A stretch of DNA of 63,376 nt from an uncultured virus (IMG/VR IMGVR_UViG_3300026413_000011) (IMGVR_UViG_3300026413_000011:62001-125376); one strand, 5' to 3'; counted from the stretch's first letter, positions 10,328-20,000 are shown. The notes: a model not told the origin generated them from the letters alone. Program-made: numbers and translations.

Positions 10328-10712
10328 AGCAAAAACCCTGGACGTGAAACTGTTCAATGGTTCGACCCACCACTATCACCTGAAAGTGCAGGGTAATGAC
10401 GTGACCATCACGTCGAACGAAGAGTCCCAGGACTTCAACGCTTACGTGCCTTTCCGTGCTGAAGAAGTACGTACCATGGAAGGTAACCCGATCACTGGTA
10501 TCGCTTGCCTGGGTAACCAACACCCACAAGCTGTTGTGCGCGATATGATGCGCGTGGCCAAGTGGGATAAGCAAACCCTGAAAGAGTACTCGATGTTCAC
10601 TATCGGGGATCTGTTGATTACCACCAGTGAAGGCATCTACTTCGCCGTCAACGGTGACCTGGTAGAGCGCAAACTGGAAGAAGGTCTGGGACAGCTGCGA
10701 GGCAAAGCCTAA
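10311..10712 (+). CDS. hypothetical protein
   Basis: AAGGA SD before MTQAAE. Confidence 0.7.
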   Translation: MTQAAEAKTLDVKLFNGSTHHYHLKVQGNDVTITSNEESQDFNAYVPFRAEEVRTMEGNPITGIACLGNQHPQAVVRDMMRVAKWDKQTLKEYSMFTIGDLLITTSEGIYFAVNGDLVERKLEEGLGQLRGKA

Positions 10713-11008
10713 TGCACGTAATCCGTGTAGCTCGTGATCGGTTGGGTGCAGATCCAATCGGTCAAGTGTGTGAAGCGTCCCGTGTCAAGAAGTTGATCTG
10801 GTGCCCTAAGAACACCAGCAACACCATTGCTGATACAGCGGACTACCACGTAGGTATGATGATCGCTTCTGGGTTTGTGAATGAACCAGAAGCATTGTCG
10901 AAGTTCCTCGCCAAGCTGAAACAACCGGCAGGTGAATACTACGTGCTGCTGTGGAACGTACAACGCCGTAGCTCTGACGCTGTGTTTGAGTTTGACTTTA
11001 AAGGGTGA
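10712..11008 (+). CDS. hypothetical protein
   Basis: TAATG coupling; terminator follows. Confidence 0.65.
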   Translation: MHVIRVARDRLGADPIGQVCEASRVKKLIWCPKNTSNTIADTADYHVGMMIASGFVNEPEALSKFLAKLKQPAGEYYVLLWNVQRRSSDAVFEFDFKG

Positions 11009-11047
11009 GCCTTCGGGCTCACTTTTATGCCGACATTAGGAATCAAA

Positions 11048-11611
11048 ATGTACAAGTTTCTTAAGAAGTATGGTCAATGGATCGCTTACGCACTTTACTT
11101 CCCTGGTCTTTACTACATGGGTGACGTCGCTCGCTGGATCGTTCCTGACACCAGTAGTAATTGGCACACTGTTGTTTTGATTGGTTTAGCGCTGATGCTG
11201 CTGTGTGCGTGGGTTGCCGTAGCGCTATGGAGTTGGCGTGTAGTACCAAGCTGGCGGATGTTTAAACTCCGCTCAGTTCGTCTGACTCATCGCCAACACT
11301 TCCCAGTCGATAGTTATCGTGAAGACTTTATCTTCGATGACATTGAGTGGCGAGTACCTGCACGCAACACCACGTTCTGGATTGATCTGGAAGACACGGA
11401 TCAGACTGAAAACGAGAAATACGGTTATTCTCAAGTGTGTCGCCCTGTGATGCATCGTTCGCTAGATAACCTGGAACAGTTCGATGAATCGGATATGGTC
11501 CGCGTACATATCGATGCTAACGGTGAAGCACATGTCCGTTACGTCGGTCCTTCCTATGTAATCCCTGACATCAGTTGGGAACTATCAAAGGTACTCGAAG
11601 ATGGTAAATGA
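11048..11611 (+). CDS. hypothetical membrane protein
   Basis: AGGA SD; two TM segments. Confidence 0.7.
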   Translation: MYKFLKKYGQWIAYALYFPGLYYMGDVARWIVPDTSSNWHTVVLIGLALMLLCAWVAVALWSWRVVPSWRMFKLRSVRLTHRQHFPVDSYREDFIFDDIEWRVPARNTTFWIDLEDTDQTENEKYGYSQVCRPVMHRSLDNLEQFDESDMVRVHIDANGEAHVRYVGPSYVIPDISWELSKVLEDGK

Positions 11612-12017
11612 ATCGTTCTACGTCATTGAAGTCGTTCGTAAGGCCGACGGTGTAGCTTTCATGCTGCAAGGGTTCTACTCGGAAGATCCTCAAGACTCCT
11701 GGTACTTCGATATTCGTGGTGCCGGTGGTTTGACCGAGTGGTCTCGTTTGCCTACCACAACTCAGATCGGTAGCCACATCGATCACAACAAGTGGATTGT
11801 GGATTTCGTTGTACCGCAACTCACTAAGCTGAATGAAGTATATCCTGTTGATGGCAACCATCGGAAACTTAAAGGTGAACCACACGTCATGACGATGTAC
11901 AAAGTCGACATGCGTGCCAGTTTAAATTTACGTTTCAAACCAATGGTGTGTCAGACCTTCCATTTGGTGGGTGAACCATTTGTTGGTGCAATCAAACAAG
12001 GATATCACAGTGAGTAA
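11601..12017 (+). CDS. hypothetical protein
   Basis: ORF in operon. Confidence 0.65.
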   Translation: MVNESFYVIEVVRKADGVAFMLQGFYSEDPQDSWYFDIRGAGGLTEWSRLPTTTQIGSHIDHNKWIVDFVVPQLTKLNEVYPVDGNHRKLKGEPHVMTMYKVDMRASLNLRFKPMVCQTFHLVGEPFVGAIKQGYHSE

Positions 12018-12369
12018 TCAAACAGTCCAATCCGTAGTAGTAGAAACCAAAGACGCAAAGCTGGCACGTCTGCGTCGTGAGTACATTCTGGAGCATTGGC
12101 CTAAGTTCCTGGATAAATTCCCTGGCATGGCTGGCTATGCTGGGGAAGGTCCATTCCAACAGAAAGCGTTGGAGATGCTGGAACTGGGTAAAGCCGCACA
12201 AGTATCGGTTACCGGAAGTCCATGGGATCCAAACGATCTCGAGTACCTGGAGCGTCGTCCAGCTAAGGACTTCCTGAACCACCTGAAGTCGAATTACAAC
12301 CGAGTTAATCTTGCAGATCAATGGCGCACTGTTCGCGACCAATATCTGCTGGATACCCAAGCTGCATAA
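12010..12369 (+). CDS. hypothetical protein
   Basis: GTG start after AAGGA; terminator follows. Confidence 0.65.
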   Translation: MSNQTVQSVVVETKDAKLARLRREYILEHWPKFLDKFPGMAGYAGEGPFQQKALEMLELGKAAQVSVTGSPWDPNDLEYLERRPAKDFLNHLKSNYNRVNLADQWRTVRDQYLLDTQAA

Positions 12370-12412
12370 ACGGCGAGCCTTCGGGCTCGCTTATGACGTT
12401 AGGAGTAGTAGC

Positions 12413-12613
12413 ATGTTCATCACAGTAGTAAGTGCATTCTTTATTCTGGTGGGTGCGGGTTGGGTCATGTGGGGATGTGGATTCATCTCCGGTATAGATC
12501 CTACCAGCGATGCCATGACCTACTTAAAGAAAACTCTCGTGACGTGTAACTACATCGTCGTGGTGATCGTTCTTTTGATTGTTGCTTTTGATAATCTAGG
12601 GATCAAGTACTGA
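12413..12613 (+). CDS. small membrane protein
   Basis: AGGAG SD; two TM helices. Confidence 0.6.
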   Translation: MFITVVSAFFILVGAGWVMWGCGFISGIDPTSDAMTYLKKTLVTCNYIVVVIVLLIVAFDNLGIKY

Positions 12614-12918
12614 TGCAAGGTAAAGTTTATATCCCGTGGTATAAAGCTGCGAATAACACGTTCGTGGCTGAAGAAGACATGTTTGATGAAGTAGACGGCT
12701 ACTGCTTCGTTCTTACTGTCTACCGTTCTTTGAACAAGAAGGGTGAACTGGTAGAAGACATCATTCGTGTCAAGCACTTGGGTAAGGTAAATAAGGAACT
12801 GTTGATTGAGTACCTTAGTAACCAACAACTCCCGATCTATCATCGGGAACGCCCTGTTGTAAAGGAATCTGTTGTACGCATTATCGCCGGTCTCTCAGCA
12901 TTTCAAAATAAGGCTTAA
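12613..12918 (+). CDS. hypothetical protein
   Basis: TGATG coupling. Confidence 0.65.
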   Translation: MQGKVYIPWYKAANNTFVAEEDMFDEVDGYCFVLTVYRSLNKKGELVEDIIRVKHLGKVNKELLIEYLSNQQLPIYHRERPVVKESVVRIIAGLSAFQNKA

Positions 12919-12919
12919 C

Positions 12920-13837
12920 ATGACACTCGTATCGTTCCTGACTGTTTCTCAACCAACTTTTCAATCGCACTTCCCAGGTGGTATTAACTACGACCTGACC
13001 AAGCCGATGGAATATCGGATCAAAATGGTTCACGCAGCTGCTTTCGCTCTGTTGTATGAAGCGAAGGAGCTAGATGTAAACCATGTTGGGTTGGCTGGTA
13101 AGAAGCATCGGCGTTATAGCGCGATCAGTTTGCTGCAACGTTATCTTGAACATGGTACCTTCCGCGAAGATCGTAAGTCGTGGAAGAACGTCTGCAAAAT
13201 TCAAAAGGTCTGGTCTGCAGTTGAAGAGTGGGCTGTCCCTGAAACCAAAGAAGATATGCGCTTGTGGGAAGAATTCCGCGTAGCACTTAAAGCTTTCATC
13301 GTAGGTAATTCTATTCACAACAGAGCATCTAACAAGATGAAAACTCTGGCAGATGCACCAGAACCTGAACCAAAAGAAACTAGTGAATGCTTGATCCAAC
13401 ACCTGAATAAGCATAAAGACAATCCGGATTACATGCATTTTGTTAGCGTCCGTTTTCCAGATTGGATGTCAATGACTCCAGGTGGTCAGAACTATCGCAT
13501 GGATGTACACATGACGATTGCTGAACGTGTCGTACGCTGGGAACGTGCAACTGCTGAGTTGGTAGCTGAAGCTATTCGCCTGGGTATCCGTATTGACGGT
13601 GGCCCTGGTATTACAAAAGAATCCGCCAGTAACAACCGTGCCGTACGTTACTCGGTAGCTACTCAGCTTCGTAAGATTCGCAATGGGTGGAAGAAAGTAA
13701 TGCTGACACTCGACCTTAAGCATGACGATACCATGTGGCGTTTGCCAAATGCGCGTACCGGCGTGTGGAATGAAGAGTGGCGCGAGTTCCATGCCATTAC
13801 GAAGAAAATGTTCTGGGACGAAAAATATACCTGGTAA
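12920..13837 (+). CDS. hypothetical protein with internal two-fold repeat
   Basis: PGGINY/PGGQNY, RYSA/RYSV, WEEF/WREF repeated. Confidence 0.75.
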   Translation: MTLVSFLTVSQPTFQSHFPGGINYDLTKPMEYRIKMVHAAAFALLYEAKELDVNHVGLAGKKHRRYSAISLLQRYLEHGTFREDRKSWKNVCKIQKVWSAVEEWAVPETKEDMRLWEEFRVALKAFIVGNSIHNRASNKMKTLADAPEPEPKETSECLIQHLNKHKDNPDYMHFVSVRFPDWMSMTPGGQNYRMDVHMTIAERVVRWERATAELVAEAIRLGIRIDGGPGITKESASNNRAVRYSVATQLRKIRNGWKKVMLTLDLKHDDTMWRLPNARTGVWNEEWREFHAITKKMFWDEKYTW

Positions 13838-13871
13838 CATCATCTGATGTAAACAACATCAGGTATATTCA

Positions 13872-14081
13872 ATGCTAGAAAAGAATCAAGTAGTCACTCT
13901 GCGTGAGCGGTTGGCAGTCAAAGCGCTTAAAGGGCGTTCGCACATCGTTCTCGGTGAAAAGGGTGATTCATTCCGTGTAATCAAACCACACGAAACTTTG
14001 GCTGGGTATTACTACATGCGTGGCAGCAATGACAATTGCCCACCAATGTCTGTGATTCACTTTACTGAAGTCGTGGCATAA
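13872..14081 (+). CDS. small beta-rich protein, paralog family
   Basis: VVTLRERL...LGEKGDSFRV. Confidence 0.6.
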   Translation: MLEKNQVVTLRERLAVKALKGRSHIVLGEKGDSFRVIKPHETLAGYYYMRGSNDNCPPMSVIHFTEVVA

Positions 14082-14124
14082 ATGCAGCCCTACGGGGCTG
14101 CTTTATTTCGTTTAGGGATTTAAC

Positions 14125-14502
14125 ATGCGTGGACATATTCGTTGGGCTGGCTTTGGCGCGTTGGTAATCATCTGCCTGCTGTGTGTAGCAAAGATCGTGA
14201 CCAATCCAAAAGATCTCTTCCAAGCTTCTTCTAATACGGCTCTTGACCAAGACCTGGCCTTGTGGGTAAACTTCGAAGTAACCCCGAGACTCGCGGAGCG
14301 TCATGCGATGCTCAGTAACTGCATGGACAAATGGCTTTACGAACAAAACCGTACTGGTGAAGCTGTTGTTCCGTATGGCGTAATGGAACGTTGCCATCAA
14401 ACCAGTGTGCAACAAGTAAAGTACATGCCGTTTGAAGAATGGCGTAAAGACTTGGCTAAGCGTGTAGAAGAAGCACGCAAAGAAGAATTGAAAAACAATT
14501 AA
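14125..14502 (+). CDS. hypothetical membrane-anchored or secreted protein
   Basis: N-terminal hydrophobic helix. Confidence 0.65.
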   Translation: MRGHIRWAGFGALVIICLLCVAKIVTNPKDLFQASSNTALDQDLALWVNFEVTPRLAERHAMLSNCMDKWLYEQNRTGEAVVPYGVMERCHQTSVQQVKYMPFEEWRKDLAKRVEEARKEELKNN

Positions 14503-14548
14503 CAGCTATATAACAGCTGTAGATACACCACATTAGGAGTAAATAAAA

Positions 14549-15220
14549 GTGGCAGAAGTTAAGACTAACCGTGAAATCAGCCGTGGTATCCTGCGTCGTT
14601 ACATGGCGGATTACACCAAACAACGCACTGCACCGAAATCTGCAAAGGGTGGTTTCTTCGGTATCATCATTGGCGATACCGGTGAAGTGTGGCTGGGTGA
14701 GACCAGCAACTACGCGTCGATCATCAACAACTTCCACAGCAAGTCGGGGGCTGGTGCTGATTGCGTGAAGAAAGCTAAACAACGTGGTGCCGAACTGGAA
14801 CTGTGGTTCCTGACCCAACCGCTGCGCTTCTCTGCACAAGAGCTGGAAAACGAACTGTACGAGGCGGAGCTGCTGGCTTCCCGTAAACAGATCGACAAGA
14901 CTGGCGCTGGTTCGCTGTACGTGGTGCGTCACAATAGCACCCATGCCTATTTCGTGCTGACGAATCGTCAAGTAGGGATTGCTGAATCGACCCTGCTGAA
15001 CAACTTCTACGTCCGGCTGGTAAACATGGCCGGTGGTAGCCGCAATGAAAAGCTGAACGACTTCGTTACGGATCAGGCTTCGGATATCCTGAACCAACGT
15101 GGTTTCGAGATCCACTTCATCTGCAACTTCACTGATCGTGAAGACGAGTGGAAGAAGCGGCAAGAATATATCGACAACTCCAAATACGGAGTTAACCTCA
15201 ACTTCAAGGCAGTAGATTAA
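14549..15220 (+). CDS. protein with two degenerate GIY-YIG-like modules
   Basis: GGFFGII...VWLGETSN and GSLYVVRH...YFV segments; AGGAG SD. Confidence 0.5.
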   Translation: MAEVKTNREISRGILRRYMADYTKQRTAPKSAKGGFFGIIIGDTGEVWLGETSNYASIINNFHSKSGAGADCVKKAKQRGAELELWFLTQPLRFSAQELENELYEAELLASRKQIDKTGAGSLYVVRHNSTHAYFVLTNRQVGIAESTLLNNFYVRLVNMAGGSRNEKLNDFVTDQASDILNQRGFEIHFICNFTDREDEWKKRQEYIDNSKYGVNLNFKAVD

Positions 15221-15296
15221 TCTACTGCCGTTTATTATCTGGTGAGCAAAATGTTTGCTTTAAAGAATTCTCAAGTTTCCAAAAGGTTTTATTATC

Positions 15297-15947
15297 ATGT
15301 CAGCACACATCGTGGAGGTCCCTGATACAATCAGGATACTCCTAAAACGGATTGAACAATATACCGTTAACAGGCAGTATGGTGAGGGGAACATTCCCCA
15401 CCTTTGCATCAAAGTCAAACACAACAACGGCTTCGCTTGGTTTGGTGTCCACATCCTGGAGGCACCTGTTCAACATTGGTCTGTAGAGACCCGTGATGAA
15501 ATCGAAGCCGAGATTCGCAATGGTCTAGATAAGATCTGCGATATCCAAGAACTGGTTACAGATATGCCACGTCTGATGGATTCCATTAGTGACGTGGTAA
15601 GTTCACGTAAACGTCCGACTATCTTCGGTGGCATGGGTAATGACCTGCTGCAATTACATACCGATGGTAATGTGCAACTGGACGTGTACCGTGAGCATCA
15701 CAATGCTGATACGCTTTCTTACGGTGGTTTTGAGGGTGAAGTCCGAATGAACGGACGTTGGTATCACTTCTTCCTTTACCACCGTGGTGTGATCCTGTAT
15801 AACTACATCGACGCTGAAGTTGCAAAGCGTATGATTACGCGAGCGTTGACCCGGCAGTTTCCTGAGATCTTTGATGAAGACGATGCTGACTTCGTCCAAG
15901 TAGATCGGACAGCTGATCGTACACGGAACAAACGCAAGGAGGCATAA
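15297..15947 (+). CDS. hypothetical protein
   Basis: 216-aa ORF. Confidence 0.7.
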   Translation: MSAHIVEVPDTIRILLKRIEQYTVNRQYGEGNIPHLCIKVKHNNGFAWFGVHILEAPVQHWSVETRDEIEAEIRNGLDKICDIQELVTDMPRLMDSISDVVSSRKRPTIFGGMGNDLLQLHTDGNVQLDVYREHHNADTLSYGGFEGEVRMNGRWYHFFLYHRGVILYNYIDAEVAKRMITRALTRQFPEIFDEDDADFVQVDRTADRTRNKRKEA

Positions 15948-16381
15948 TGTCTCACTTGGTGTTGGTTGAAATTACACCTACGCCCAAACCTTTGACGTTC
16001 ACTCAAGTGACGAATGAACCGTTAACGTGTTTGGAGTCCTACGCAGACAAGGTCACCGACCTATACACCATTCGTCAGTACGGTTATCATCCTGAGTATG
16101 GAGCTACAATCTTTGAGATCATCATTGATTGGGGACGAGCTGAGAATTTACCAGAGCGCAGAGAAGCAGCTTTAGGTGAGATCTTAGAACACACAGTACT
16201 CAGCGTTGAACTCTTGCGATTGCAAAGGCAATATGAGGTTGTCTTAGACGCGTCTTGTTCGTTGGTGCGCCACGAGGGACGGATCACCCGGTGTCAATTC
16301 AAACCGAAAGGTGAGCATCGGGAATCCCCAACAAATTTGGACTGGACACTCGAAGACCCTCCCAAGAGAGAACCCGTATAA
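15947..16381 (+). CDS. hypothetical protein
   Basis: GGAGG SD, TAATG coupling. Confidence 0.7.
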   Translation: MSHLVLVEITPTPKPLTFTQVTNEPLTCLESYADKVTDLYTIRQYGYHPEYGATIFEIIIDWGRAENLPERREAALGEILEHTVLSVELLRLQRQYEVVLDASCSLVRHEGRITRCQFKPKGEHRESPTNLDWTLEDPPKREPV

Positions 16382-16603
16382 TGAGAATTGAGTACAACTA
16401 TATATGTGGTGATACTGCATGTGTTGTTTCCTTTCTCTTGATGCTCTTTAACAATTTATTGCTGAACAACTAGTAAGGTTAGATTCCTTACACCCGCTGG
16501 TGTCTTTCATCGACTGATACCTGCGTTCTGGAATGCCAGACGCTATAGACAGCCTACCTTCGGGTAGGCTTTATGTTGTTAACTAGGCCAGAAGAGGATA
16601 TTT

Positions 16604-17059
16604 ATGAACTATACATTCAGTGAGCAAGAACTCCCGTTCCAATTCCAAACGTTCCTTCGCTTTGCTTGCAAAGCTACTGTGATCCGTCGCCAGTATGAAG
16701 AAGGCGAGCACGTTAACTTCGGTGACAACACCGTTGTACGTATGGTCGTACCAGAAAGCGGTGAGGTATCGCCGTTCCTGACGATCAGCTGCCCAGACTC
16801 CGGAAGCATCTTGCGCTTGAATGTGCAAGTAATGCAAGAACGAGCTCTGGAGAACCGTAACGACGCTATCGCTTATCTGCGTCGCACGCTGTGCAATGAA
16901 GCGATCACGGTAACGGAACGCGACATCAAGAACGTGGAACGCTATGGCTCTCGTAAGCACTACACCAAGGAATTCTTCTTGGAGCAGATCGAGAAGTTCC
17001 GCCATCGCATCCAGAACTTCCACACCTTCAACTTCTTCGGTACACCGGTGTATGATTGA
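16604..17059 (+). CDS. hypothetical protein
   Basis: GAGGA SD. Confidence 0.7.
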   Translation: MNYTFSEQELPFQFQTFLRFACKATVIRRQYEEGEHVNFGDNTVVRMVVPESGEVSPFLTISCPDSGSILRLNVQVMQERALENRNDAIAYLRRTLCNEAITVTERDIKNVERYGSRKHYTKEFFLEQIEKFRHRIQNFHTFNFFGTPVYD

Positions 17060-17282
17060 TTTACGGAAAAAGGTGTTACGGGAACTGAAAATGATCGCCA
17101 TCACTTCGGTGGCGATTCTTTCTTCATGGGTAGCCGTATTTTGTTTCTTCTCATTGTTCGCTATCTTCGGGGCTAAAGCTTTGCCGTGGTGGACAGTGTT
17201 CATCAGTGTTCCTATTATGGTCATCACTGCCCGAGTAGCTTACATGGGTATGCGCTGGTCTGCCCATAACTGGAGAAAGTAA
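17052..17282 (+). CDS. small membrane protein
   Basis: two TM helices. Confidence 0.6.
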   Translation: MIDLRKKVLRELKMIAITSVAILSSWVAVFCFFSLFAIFGAKALPWWTVFISVPIMVITARVAYMGMRWSAHNWRK

Positions 17283-17591
17283 ATGCAAATCGAAATCCCA
17301 ACTAAACAAGAACGGATAGCTACCCGCTACAAAGACGAGATCACCGCTGTCACTGACAAGCTAAACAATGGTATTCTCTATAACACGTTGCAGGAAGACA
17401 ATCGTAATCATTCCTATGTCCAGGTTGACTTCGATCCACCAGCACAGATCCATTCAGATGAACTGTGGTTCTGGCTCAAGGAAACCTACCTTAAAGGTGG
17501 CTGGTTCCTGGAACGTGTGTGGGGAGATGAAGGTTCCCGACTCGAAGGTTGCATTGTGGCGATTAAGTGCTTTGTTGCTAAAAGTACTTGA
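17283..17591 (+). CDS. hypothetical protein
   Basis: GGAG SD. Confidence 0.65.
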   Translation: MQIEIPTKQERIATRYKDEITAVTDKLNNGILYNTLQEDNRNHSYVQVDFDPPAQIHSDELWFWLKETYLKGGWFLERVWGDEGSRLEGCIVAIKCFVAKST

Positions 17592-17604
17592 TGCACCATT
17601 ATAT

Positions 17605-17717
17605 GTAAACGAATCGGGATTCCGTGGAACATCTCCCAGCGCTAAACAAGTACCCGTCCTTGTGTTGGTGCCACGACGCATCCCACCTATTTAAAGGCCC
17701 AGCTTAGGCTGGGCTTT
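17605..17717 (+). ncRNA. candidate stand-alone small RNA (long irregular hairpin)
   Basis: TACT-N13-TATG promoter-like motif upstream, nested helices GGGAT/ATCCC, CGTGG/CCACG, CCAGC/GTTGG, ACAAG/CTTGT, then terminator. Confidence 0.5.
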
Positions 17718-17738
17718 ATGCCGCCTTAAGGATTGTAA

Positions 17739-17957
17739 ATGAGAGAGTTCCTGACGATTGCTGCCTTAGAGATTGCCAAGGTAGCACTATTCATTTTCTG
17801 TGTCTGGCTATTCACTCTAGGCATGGAATGGACGTACGGGTTAGAGATCCTACCCATAAATGGTGAAGATGGTTGGAAACCACTTATCGGTAAAGTTATT
17901 CTGGGTTTGTGTTTCCTAGGGTTCTATGAATATTGCAAGTGGACTGATCGCAAATGA
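17739..17957 (+). CDS. small membrane protein
   Basis: two hydrophobic helices. Confidence 0.6.
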   Translation: MREFLTIAALEIAKVALFIFCVWLFTLGMEWTYGLEILPINGEDGWKPLIGKVILGLCFLGFYEYCKWTDRK

Positions 17958-18682
17958 CATACATCGTAGCTGACCGCCATTTCATTATTGCTGACCGTTT
18001 GGTGCAAACCATCGAAGGCAATAACATCGTCGGACGACAGCAACCTAATGACGACGGCTCTATGGATTTCCATAAACGCCATCCGGGTAAGACTACGTGG
18101 CATAATGATTGCCTCAAGCTTTACACGCTGCCTAAGGGTAAGTACAATGGTGAGGCCATCAAGCTAATAGCCTTAGCTGGCGATGCACGTAATGAGCTCG
18201 ACATGTTTGGTGCACTAACCCAGGGAGTTGATCTTTCGGATTACATGAAGGTTGAAGCTAATATCCAACCCAAGTCTGAACGGCGTATCTTCAGTGGGGC
18301 GACAACGGTGTTAGTTCATACTGAAGAGGGTACGCACCATATCCTCAGTGCCGATAACGGTGATCGCATTGAACATGCTCGTTTTAAGAACTTCGCCCAC
18401 ATGGGTTCAGGTGTTCACGCTGTAAATGGTATTCGCTTCAATATACCGAAGACCCAAGAGAAGGGGGCTACCAGACTGACGGCGTTGGAAGCATTCGTTA
18501 TTGCTGCCGCAAAGACAGACACCGTATCGCGCAACTTTGACACTTACGAAATTGCCACAGGCAAACTGACGTATGATCGTCGGTTGTCTGAACGGCAGAT
18601 GGAGTTCATCTTGAAGCGTGTGCAATCACGTATTGACCTTTCTGGGGTAGAGGCTGAATTGAAGTACCTCAACGAGGATTGA
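17954..18682 (+). CDS. HslV/proteasome-beta-like Ntn-hydrolase (putative peptidase)
   Basis: N-terminal M-T-Y-I...IIADR, IALAGD, MGSG and ALEAFVIAAAKTD motifs. Confidence 0.55.
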   Translation: MTYIVADRHFIIADRLVQTIEGNNIVGRQQPNDDGSMDFHKRHPGKTTWHNDCLKLYTLPKGKYNGEAIKLIALAGDARNELDMFGALTQGVDLSDYMKVEANIQPKSERRIFSGATTVLVHTEEGTHHILSADNGDRIEHARFKNFAHMGSGVHAVNGIRFNIPKTQEKGATRLTALEAFVIAAAKTDTVSRNFDTYEIATGKLTYDRRLSERQMEFILKRVQSRIDLSGVEAELKYLNED

Positions 18683-18825
18683 TTTATGTTGAACCCATTA
18701 CAAGACAGGATGAAGCGTCGTCAGAAAGATCGTCGGCTCGACACCGCGCAACGTTACGCAATGATAGCGTTCATAGCCTCTGTAATGGCTGTAGCGCTTT
18801 ATGAATTGATTAAGGGACTCAGTGT

Positions 18826-19179
18826 ATGTTGTTAGATAAAATCGTCTTTTACGGCTTCCTAGGAAGCGTAGTGGCGTTATGTGTTTGGTGGATGTTCATG
18901 TCTTTTTACATTGACTTCACTTTCCGCCCAAGCAAAGAAGTTATGCGCATGTGGAAAAAGGACAGGGACTGGTCGGCGGTTATCGCCTTGGGTCAAGATC
19001 CTAACAATCTTATCCGCAGTGCACTGTACACCAACCACAAGAATCGGTTGCTCTGGGATAACAAAATCAACGCTACCATTCTGGTCGGTGGTTCAGCCAT
19101 TTTACTCGTCTTCTTCTTGGCTGCTACTGTAATGGTTGGGTTGGATATTACAGGGATACACAAAATCAACCTGGCATAA
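18826..19179 (+). CDS. membrane protein
   Basis: two TM helices. Confidence 0.65.
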   Translation: MLLDKIVFYGFLGSVVALCVWWMFMSFYIDFTFRPSKEVMRMWKKDRDWSAVIALGQDPNNLIRSALYTNHKNRLLWDNKINATILVGGSAILLVFFLAATVMVGLDITGIHKINLA

Positions 19180-19186
19180 CCCAAGC

Positions 19187-19206
19187 AATCTCAGATCTAT
19201 ATCACA
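19187..19206 (+). promoter_or_regulatory. early promoter variant (TATATCAC)
   Basis: 20-nt AATCTCAGATCTATATCACA repeated exactly at 60262-60281. Confidence 0.65.
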
Positions 19207-19238
19207 TTAGTGCAATACCCAAATAACGTAAAAAGGAA

Positions 19239-19418
19239 ATGATCGTGGAACTGCAAAACACTTCGATGTATCAGCTCGAAATCAAAGACCTGAACGGCTC
19301 GGAAGTAACCACCGTTACCAAAACTGGTCTGGATCTCAAATGCGAGTATCCATTCCTGACCGTGGGTCAGCAAGTGCGCGACTGGCAAATGTTTGTGGTT
19401 ACCCCATTCGGTGCTTAA
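19239..19418 (+). CDS. small hypothetical early protein (59 aa, not in ORF track)
   Basis: AAGGA SD; MIVELQNTSM...TPFGA. Confidence 0.55.
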   Translation: MIVELQNTSMYQLEIKDLNGSEVTTVTKTGLDLKCEYPFLTVGQQVRDWQMFVVTPFGA

Positions 19419-19419
19419 T

Positions 19420-19944
19420 ATGTCTCAGCTTAAAGCTTTGGTTGCACAATACGCTGAAAAAGATCTGTCAGTACCAGTTGAGTTTTATGCAGCAACTGGT
19501 GCTCTGTTGCGCGGTGCTATCCAACGCCTTGATGACGATGTGGCTATCGTTGTCACGGGTACGATGGAACCGATGCGTGTAAAGATTAACGTGAAGGGTT
19601 TGGCTGGCGCAGCAAACCCACAAGAATGGTGCCTGAGTCGTCATGCACATGTTCATTACAATGAGCTCGTATCACAAGCTAACGTGGATCAAGAAGCATT
19701 GACCCGCGCGAAGCAGCGACAACAGCTCTATGCAGTTTTCGATAAGCTTCAGGAATCGGCTGATGACTGCACGTATCACGTCGTTGAACATTGGCCGAAT
19801 TTGTTGCGTGAAGACATCATCGGTTTCGTGTCATTCAACATTCATGAAGTAGGTCACCCACTTGCAGGGTTCCTGTTCATGACGAATGGCAAATCCAGAT
19901 TCGTCCGTGCTATCCCTCTGGGCGTAGAACTTTCCCCCATGTAA
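19420..19944 (+). CDS. hypothetical protein
   Basis: start MSQLKAL just after upstream stop. Confidence 0.7.
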   Translation: MSQLKALVAQYAEKDLSVPVEFYAATGALLRGAIQRLDDDVAIVVTGTMEPMRVKINVKGLAGAANPQEWCLSRHAHVHYNELVSQANVDQEALTRAKQRQQLYAVFDKLQESADDCTYHVVEHWPNLLREDIIGFVSFNIHEVGHPLAGFLFMTNGKSRFVRAIPLGVELSPM

Positions 19945-19952
19945 CTTTGTTA

Positions 19953-20000
19953 CGGCATAAAGGCTCTCCTTCGGGAGAGCCAATGTGCCTTATTTTTTTT
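19953..20000. terminator. bidirectional terminator between convergent blocks
   Basis: GGCTCTCC-TTCG-GGAGAGCC, CGGCATAAA on the left, T run on the right. Confidence 0.8.
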
